Assembly: GCA_041650935.1 (NCBI GenBank)
Contig: JBAZKH010000005.1
Coordinates: 1,574 to 65,573 of the forward strand
Direction of reading: 5' to 3'
DNA from: Candidatus Omnitrophota bacterium
Lineage (GTDB): Bacteria > Omnitrophota > Gorgyraeia > 2-01-FULL-45-10
Length of the DNA stretch: 64,000 nt
Shown here piece after piece: positions 53,728 to 61,000 of this stretch (the first letter of the stretch is position 1; every line of letters starts with the position of its first letter). The notes beneath the pieces were generated by a model. That model was not told the DNA's origin. It did not search any database and saw only the letters and a list, made by a program, of their open reading frames with translations. A program made the translations under genes and the position numbers.

Positions 53728-56577
53728 TCATGCCCTCCGTTCTTTAATCGGTAAAATGAAGTGGAAAACCGCGCCCTTGCCAAATTCCGATTCTGCCCAT
53801 ATCTTCCCCTTGTGCGCTTCTATTATTTGTTTACAAATCGATAGCCCCAAGCCTGCCCCGCCCACCTTTCTCTGTAATTGCGTAAATTGCTGAAATAGTT
53901 TGGGTATATCTTCTTTTTTAATGCCCGGACCGGTATCGTTAACCGTAACCTGAATACAATTATCCCGCCTGTCCGTGGTAATGGTAATACTGCCTTTGTC
54001 TGTAAACTTAAGGGCATTGTTCACCAGATTAGTCAAGACCTGGATAATTTTATCTCGATCGAATGTTACCCGTGGAAGATCCTTATCGAGCTTACACATA
54101 AAATCCAGATTCTTTTTCTCTACTACCGGAAGCATCGTTTGCCGTATTTCCTTAACCACTTCGTTTATATCATTCTCCCCCATCTTAAATTTCATTTTCC
54201 CGGACTCGAGCGTCTGAAAATCCAAAACTCCGTTAATCAGCCTATCCAGCCTATCTACATTTTTTTTGGTAATACCTAAATATTTTTGCTGCTCCGCGTT
54301 AATGTCTCCAAGTATTTTATCTAAAATCAAGGAAACCCCTTCTTTTATAGCGGCAAGCGGTGTTCTCAATTCATGAGAAACCATGCCGGCAAAATTTGAT
54401 TTTATCTCTGATGAGGTTTTAACAGCCTGCGCCTGGATTACCTCCTCGGCCGCGGCGGCCTGTTGAATGACAAAGGCGGTGGTAACGCTAAGATTGTCCA
54501 ATACCGCATCTTCATCTGACATTATTGCGTGTCTGGCAAAGAGAGCCAGAACGCCTATCGTCTCTCCGCCGGGAACTTTAAGCTGGTAGCCGGCGAACGA
54601 CTTTAGCCCCAACTCACGAGCCCATTCATGATTATGCACCCCGGGGTCATTTAACACATCATTAGTCAGAAACTTGTGATGTTCGCCGGAAGCGATGCGT
54701 CCGATCTTATAGCATCCAAACGGGACCCGGGCATGGCTTTTACCGTCTATGTGCGTATACCTGCCGGAGCTTGCCATTAAATGCAGGCATTTATCGCGAA
54801 AACGGCAGACATGAGGGCCTTCTTTGGCTTCGGCATGAATGCACCCTTTATCACACAAGTCTCCCGGCCGGATCAGCCATATCCGGCAAAAATCGGCGTC
54901 GAAAATACGCACAATATTGCCTGTTATGCTCTTAAGCTTATCCTCAAGCGTAGCAGGCGCAAGAAGCGATTGCTGGATCGCATTAACATCCTCTTGCCAC
55001 TTTAACGCGATTTCACGCTCAGCCTCTACCTTCTTACGCTCGGTTATATCACGCCCTTCGGGAATAAGAAATACCGTCTTCCCATCCTGGTCCTTAATCG
55101 GTTTAAGCGAAAAATCTATACAGTGGATGCTTCCATCGGCAGCAGGATGAGTTGCTTCAAAGAACACGGTTTCGCCGCTCGCGGCTTTCGTTACGGCCGC
55201 ACGCAGCTTATCCTGCATTGTTTTTGAATGAGCCCACCATGGTGTATCCCAGAAAGGTTTACCTAAACAATCCGATTCATTAATTCCCGCAAACTGCATA
55301 GCCGTCCTGTTTGCCTCGATAAGCGTACCATCCACCGTCATCATGCCGATAAACTGAAAAGCCTGGTCAAAAAGAGCGCGAATTTTTCTCTCATTTAAAC
55401 GCGACTGCTCTTCGGCCCTCTTACGCTCGGTGATGTCCCAGAAAAGTCCAAAGACCCCTGTAACATCACCGGTTTTGTTCCGGACAGGAACCTTAACCGT
55501 ATTGATAAAAACCGTTTTAGAATTTCCAAGATAATCTCCTATTACCACGTACTCTTCTTCTATATTCTCGGTCTTTCCCGATTCCATGACTCTTTTATCA
55601 TCGGCCCTGTATTTCTCAGCCAGATATGTTGGGAAAAAATCATAGTCTGTCTTTCCTGCGATCTCTTCGGGCCTGATCTTCAAATCTTTTGCATAATTTT
55701 CATTACAGGATATAAAGACCGAATTACTATCTTTTAAAAATACCTTTCCTGGAAGATTTTCAATAAGTGTCCTGTATTGCTGTTCCTTAGCCTGCATCAA
55801 TTCATTCTCTATGCGCTTGCGTTCGGTGATATTGCGAATATTGCATTGCATAACTTTCGCCCTGTTAACTAAAAAAGCCTCTGTGTTTATGCTCAGGTTT
55901 TTTTTGGTTTTTACCGGCGTGTCTTCGTAATGAATCACGCCGTCTTTCTCTAATCTTGACAGGGTCTCCTGAAAATCCTTGTCATTTTTAACCACGCCGA
56001 TTTCCCATAGTTTCTTTTTCAGAAGCTCCTCGTGAGAATAACCCAGCAATCCCTGGATAGATTCGTTAGAGTTAAGGATATCGCCTTTGGTTTTATGAAC
56101 GAGCAGTAACCCATCCCTCGATGTTTCAAAGGCCCTGCGATAACGCTCCTCAGACTCTTTTAACTCTATTTCCAAACGCCTACGCTCAGTAATGTCTTCG
56201 ATGGCCAGCAGGATCAGCTCTTCCTCTATTACCCCTGCTATTTTCTTAGAGACACGCACCTGACAGGCATTCAGGCACATGATTCGTTCGCCGATTTGCT
56301 CAAATTTGTGCTCGACTTCATAATCTTTCACAACTTTTTTCTCCGGCAGGATATCTTTAAGCAGAAGAAGTAGTTTTGGAATATCCCATTGCTTATCGCC
56401 TAAATCAGGAAGCGGTCGGCCGATTGTTTCTTTTTCTACGGTCTTAAAGTTGATATAGAAAGCCTGGTTGGCAGAAATAATTTTTAAGTTTTTATCCAAA
56501 ACCAAAAACGGCTCCCTTAGCGTAGCAATGATACTATTGGCATACTTTAATAGCGCTTCAACCCCTGGCTTGTCCAT
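53728..56577 (-). CDS. Multi-sensor hybrid-type histidine kinase (multiple PAS/PAC plus GAF plus HisKA plus HATPase_c)
   Basis: 949 aa; 'HELRTPL' H-box, 'DTGPGI' G-box. Confidence 0.85.
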   Translation of the reverse strand: MDKPGVEALLKYANSIIATLREPFLVLDKNLKIISANQAFYINFKTVEKETIGRPLPDLGDKQWDIPKLLLLLKDILPEKKVVKDYEVEHKFEQIGERIMCLNACQVRVSKKIAGVIEEELILLAIEDITERRRLEIELKESEERYRRAFETSRDGLLLVHKTKGDILNSNESIQGLLGYSHEELLKKKLWEIGVVKNDKDFQETLSRLEKDGVIHYEDTPVKTKKNLSINTEAFLVNRAKVMQCNIRNITERKRIENELMQAKEQQYRTLIENLPGKVFLKDSNSVFISCNENYAKDLKIRPEEIAGKTDYDFFPTYLAEKYRADDKRVMESGKTENIEEEYVVIGDYLGNSKTVFINTVKVPVRNKTGDVTGVFGLFWDITERKRAEEQSRLNERKIRALFDQAFQFIGMMTVDGTLIEANRTAMQFAGINESDCLGKPFWDTPWWAHSKTMQDKLRAAVTKAASGETVFFEATHPAADGSIHCIDFSLKPIKDQDGKTVFLIPEGRDITERKKVEAEREIALKWQEDVNAIQQSLLAPATLEDKLKSITGNIVRIFDADFCRIWLIRPGDLCDKGCIHAEAKEGPHVCRFRDKCLHLMASSGRYTHIDGKSHARVPFGCYKIGRIASGEHHKFLTNDVLNDPGVHNHEWARELGLKSFAGYQLKVPGGETIGVLALFARHAIMSDEDAVLDNLSVTTAFVIQQAAAAEEVIQAQAVKTSSEIKSNFAGMVSHELRTPLAAIKEGVSLILDKILGDINAEQQKYLGITKKNVDRLDRLINGVLDFQTLESGKMKFKMGENDINEVVKEIRQTMLPVVEKKNLDFMCKLDKDLPRVTFDRDKIIQVLTNLVNNALKFTDKGSITITTDRRDNCIQVTVNDTGPGIKKEDIPKLFQQFTQLQRKVGGAGLGLSICKQIIEAHKGKIWAESEFGKGAVFHFILPIKERRA

Positions 56578-56595
56578 TTAATTTTTATCTTTCAT
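56578..56595 (-). other. 5-codon uORF (MKDKN) whose UAA stop abuts the kinase AUG; SD positioned for the uORF
   Basis: AAGGAGG 9 nt upstream of uORF AUG; UAAAUG junction with kinase start. Confidence 0.3.
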
Positions 56596-56611
56596 CTTTT
56601 AAGACCTCCTT

Positions 56612-56666
56612 AAAAACAAAAAACCCAAGGTCTTGTGCTGTTTTAAGCACAAAAATACTTGGGTTG
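56612..56666 (-). terminator. Intrinsic terminator after the NTase cassette (nested hairpin plus U6GU5)
   Basis: AACCCAAG..(UUGUGCU..AGCACAA)..CUUGGGUU followed by UUUUUUGUUUUU on minus strand. Confidence 0.65.
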
Positions 56667-56832
56667 GCTTTAGAAAAACTTACCAGAGCGCTTGCCCTTG
56701 CTTGCCCGCATGCATGTATAGCTTAACATCTTACCCTGCCTCATCAAAGATTTTTTTATATCCTCATCGGTTATACGATACAATCCTTTTTAAGTTGATG
56801 GTAAGGGTTGGTAATGAACCGAACTTACGAAA

Positions 56833-57009
56833 TCACTTTAGCGAAAAAGGAACATTGACATGCATAGTAACCTCTTCCCTCACAGAAACCTTGTCTTTCG
56901 GAAAATTATTCGCGCAAAAATTTACAAACTCGATGTATTCATCCATCGATAGCCATCTATCCTGCTCTGGGAATTTGCCAACAGGCAGTTTTAACTCGCC
57001 TTTCCTCAT
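56833..57009 (-). CDS. Hypothetical 58-aa protein translationally coupled (ATGA overlap) to upstream nucleotidyltransferase gene
   Basis: MRKGELKLPVGKFPEQDRWLSMDEYIEFVNFCANNFPKDKVSVREEVTMHVNVPFSLK; not in ORF track (below 60 aa); start ATG overlaps NTase TGA. Confidence 0.4.
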   Translation of the reverse strand: MRKGELKLPVGKFPEQDRWLSMDEYIEFVNFCANNFPKDKVSVREEVTMHVNVPFSLK

Positions 57010-57545
57010 CTCTTGAGCACTCCTAAGATATCTTTATATATTTCTGCCGTTCCAAATTTCAAACAGATGCCTTTAAATTCCGCACCATTAAAATCTACTT
57101 TGTTTATCTTTATCAAGTCTATTATGTCAGGCATATCCTTCCATAATCTATTCTTTGACCCATGTTTTATGGCATGAAGTTTAAGCGCAATTAAATGATT
57201 AAGGGACGGGATAACCAATTCTGATCCCGCAATCTTAGCTTTTTGGCCTTCCTCCAGTATCTTATCCCGCGTCGCTTCATCGACAATCATAAAGTCAACA
57301 TCCGCCGATTCTTTAACGTTCGACATGCGCACCGCTACATTGGTCGCAAAATCTTCGGCGTAACCAGCTTCAATTAACGCCTTCTCAATCTTTTTAAAAT
57401 CATCTTTTGTCATCAGAAAATCAACATCGCGGGTCCCTCGCGTAACCTTATAAAAATTCACCGCGAAACCGCCTATAAGTATGCAAGGTACGGCTGATTT
57501 TTTTGACGCTTCAGCAACAAGGCGAAAAACCTTTGAATAATCCAT
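57006..57545 (-). CDS. Nucleotidyltransferase-fold protein (G[GS]x13DxD; AbiEii/MNT-like)
   Basis: 'LIGGFAVNFYKVTRGTRDVDF' plus second acidic 'DVDFMIVDE'; start at MDYSK (track ORF extends to 57611). Confidence 0.5.
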   Translation of the reverse strand: MDYSKVFRLVAEASKKSAVPCILIGGFAVNFYKVTRGTRDVDFLMTKDDFKKIEKALIEAGYAEDFATNVAVRMSNVKESADVDFMIVDEATRDKILEEGQKAKIAGSELVIPSLNHLIALKLHAIKHGSKNRLWKDMPDIIDLIKINKVDFNGAEFKGICLKFGTAEIYKDILGVLKR

Positions 57546-57700
57546 TGGAATATTATAGCGAAAAAATGGCCAAAACGGAAGGAGAATAATTACGCGGAAA
57601 TCTAACGGCATCTTTTGCGTTTCTTAAGAGAATCGGATAGCAATATTCCTCGCGCACCATTGCGGATAGCACGCCGGCCTTGCGCGATGGTCTTAGGTGG

Positions 57701-57844
57701 TCACGAATACCTCTCGGCGTACTTATCCACCAAAAATCTAAGCATCTTCTGATACTTGGTATTATACTTTTTGGCTTGTCCTTTAAAGAATTCGACACTT
57801 TTTTCGCTTAGCCTCAAGGTAACCATAACAGTATGCTCCGGCAT
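57701..57844 (-). CDS. Ribbon-helix-helix (CopG-like) small DNA-binding protein, putative antitoxin/autoregulator
   Basis: MPEHTVMVTLRLSEKSVEFFKGQAKKYNTKYQKMLRFLVDKYAERYS; beta-strand 'VTLRLSEK' plus two helices; hand-translated (alternative start 57826). Confidence 0.4.
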   Translation of the reverse strand: MPEHTVMVTLRLSEKSVEFFKGQAKKYNTKYQKMLRFLVDKYAERYS

Positions 57845-57883
57845 AACCAAGTCCTTAGGCGGAGGCAAAATGAGTTATCCACA

Positions 57884-57913
57884 AAGTAGCCGACGTTTAA
57901 ACGTCGGCTACTT
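57884..57913 (-). promoter_or_regulatory. 30-bp perfect palindrome AAGTAGCCGACGTTT|AAACGTCGGCTACTT (operator and/or terminator hairpin)
   Basis: 40 nt upstream of RHH ATG, about 100 nt downstream of giant ORF stop. Confidence 0.45.
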
Positions 57914-58011
57914 GCTTAATTCGATTTATCAAATAACTGATATAAGCATACCGGATCATATTGCGATCGTCAAGCTGTGAGAAACAAGATTTTAATATTT
58001 ATTACTACATA

Positions 58012-61000
58012 TTACAACGACTTGAGAACGGCTGCGTCACGTTCGTGGAACTCGACTATCTCCTTCGTATCTATCGGTCTTATTCTGATCAGTATTAGAC
58101 CCGTCGCTAATAGCTGCCGAATTCCGCTGGCGTCCATTTTGGCAAGTTCATCTAAAAGCACTTCGTAACTAGCTGACCCAGCGATAGCCGCAATACCTCG
58201 AATAAAACGTTCTGTGGATTCATTGATCTTGCTAATATCTATTGTCGACCTGGCCATTAGATCTGAACGATTCAGAAACTCTAACCCCGTCATGCCGCAG
58301 GTTCCAACAGGAGTAGCGGTTTTGCCTATCTCGCCTGTCATGTAGACAACATATGAGGCAGATTCCAATTTACCATCTCGTTTATCGCCTTCTTTTTGAT
58401 AAGCGAAAGTAATGACCCTCTTCTGCTGCGTATCTTTATCTGGTATTTCCTTTTGCACTGATACAATCAACGCTTGCCGCCCTTCAGGAGTATCTCTAAA
58501 AAGATTGACCGTGATATTATTACTCAGGTTACATCTAATTATTAGCCTGCTCACCTCATTCTTTGGTTGCGCAGCATAGCGTTGGTATGCTTCAAAAACT
58601 TGGTCGGCGAATTCTTCGCTGATAGGTATATTTATCATACCTGGTGCGCCATCAAAAATCTGTTTTTCGCATCGATTTTTAATCTCTTGGTCTATAGCTC
58701 TCATAATGTCTATCCAACCTGACCAGCTATCGCTTGCATTAGCAATTTCAAGACCTTGAATCTGTACTGCTTTTTGACCTAGCGCGTTAGAAACAACAGA
58801 AACAGGTATAACCGGCATCTCGCCTGTGGCAGAATCGCCACGTTCTATCTTCTTAAATTTAATTCTTGGTCTTTGCGTATCGGATACTCTGCTACTATCC
58901 TGTTGTCCTCTTTGTTCTTTAAGCGATTCTAAACGATTCATAATTGTCCGGACCATGCTATATGGAAACATTTGTGTCCCAACAGTTGAAGTCCCGGATA
59001 AACTTTGCTGTCCGCTTCCTTTTACTCTATCTGCTATCGTGCGAAAACTTATCAAAGCTTCTTCCATTGCCCTAGCGTCGATTCTTTCACTTACATAGCT
59101 ATCGATAATATTTCTAGCTTCTATTTCATTTCGTTCACGCCACTGTTTTTCATGAAAAGTTTCATACAATATTCTTAATCCATGCTGTTGATTACTTACG
59201 TAACGTATAGCACCTATTAACAGTGCAATCTCTGTATTTTCCCAGCCGCTTAAGATATCTTCCGGCATTTCACCAGTAGCTGAGTCGCCGCGAGCTGGTG
59301 ATGCATTTGTGATATCACTTATATAAATACCAAATTGCTCCCCTGTTAACCAAATGAGAGAAGCAGGGCCGGGAGTTATTAATCTAATCGTACCTGTTGC
59401 TTGCTTCGGTTGCCCAGTATAGTGATCGTTCCACTGAATTGTAATTGGCGCTTTGCTAGCCATCCACGTATTATATTGTTCAAGTCCATCCTTGCTAGCA
59501 ACGACAGGCTTTCTTTCCGGTAACTCGCTTGACTTATGGGGCATAAGGATTTCATGCTGAACTAACCATCTTACGATGGCCTCACCACTTATATTTGAAA
59601 GATCCGTATCCGGAGGCAGTCTATTTGTTAATTCGTGCACAGAGAGCATTTGTTCACGAAGTCCGTTCAACGAGCATTCTGCTATTATCCACGAATCCCT
59701 TGGATGCGCTTGAGCATTTATATCCGTATTCTTAATTCTCTCCGCAAGTTGTGATGGGGTCTTGGCATCTTGAGAGCTAGGTAATTTATTATCAGACTTC
59801 ATAGTAGTTAAAGTACTAGTGAATTTTATTGGCGAAACAAGTCTCATATTTAAACCTTCGCCTTCGATAGCCGATAACAAAATGTTGCGCGTAAGGTCAT
59901 GAAGCTGTCCGTTCGACTGAAGCATGTTTAGTATTTTTAGATGATTTTCATTCTCAGCCCCACCCCATATCTTATGATCTGGATTACGGGCTTTTCTTAC
60001 TAGTTCGACAAAAAGCTCCGGTCTGCTTTCTAGCAGATGCTGGAGGGCCACCATTACAGCATTAATGCCGTCTCGATACGCAAAAGCACCATTCTTGAGA
60101 ATCACTGTATCTGGCATTTCACCCGTTGCAGAGTCACCACGAGTCGCTCTTCTCTCATCATCCTCTCGTATGAGTCTATTTGCTTTTGCAACCCATGCGC
60201 TTAGTTCCTGAGCGCTCTGATTTGAAAAATTGGTGTTCCAAAATGATTCATGAAAATTCCTTGCCCTCAACGTATCTGCAAGCCGATTCGCATAATCTAT
60301 CAGCTCTCTTCTGTCCGTTGGACTGGTAGCAAGAGGCATACTACCTGCTATCTCAACCGGCGGGTTTAATGCTCCCTGCGATATGAATCTAGCGCTTTTT
60401 AATTGTTCTGCCAATTCGGGCGATATGTTTTTAGGCATTTCTCCTGTAGCAGAATCGCCGCGGATCTTGGTATCACTAGTTGGTGTTCCTGCTATAATCA
60501 ATGCACCTTCTGGAACTAATTTTAAATCGCTAGTCCAAAATGTATTGTCGTTACGCGCCAATAGAGAGAAATCTTGCGTGGTTGGACCAGCGCTTACTTC
60601 CCATTGATTTGATGTATTGACCCGACTAAAAATAAGTTCTTTAACAATTGTTCCTCTATCGCTATCAAGTGTAAAGAAAACTGAAATCTTAACAACATTC
60701 CCAGCCGCATCTTTAGTTACTCTGCTATTCTGCGGTCTTACTGATCCAGATCGCCACGCTATGGCTTCTAATACGTTTCTTAACGAAATACTGTTACGAT
60801 CCGATACGCCCTTATTCAATAAGTCACTCATTGTTAATATCGGCTCAACTTCTGTAACCTCCGACAATGTTTGAACTAAATGGCTATTTTGCACATCAAG
60901 CAACCTTTGGTAAATAACCTTTTCGGGCGGATTAACCAACGTACTCTCCGCGATGCTCTCTGTCTGTGGACTTATAAGAGTAAGGCCGGAAATACGCTCT

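Noticed and set aside
57553-57798. 81-aa minus-strand track ORF between NTase and giant gene
   Set aside because: Its sequence is non-protein-like. It overlaps the better-supported RHH reading frame (57701-57844) in another frame.
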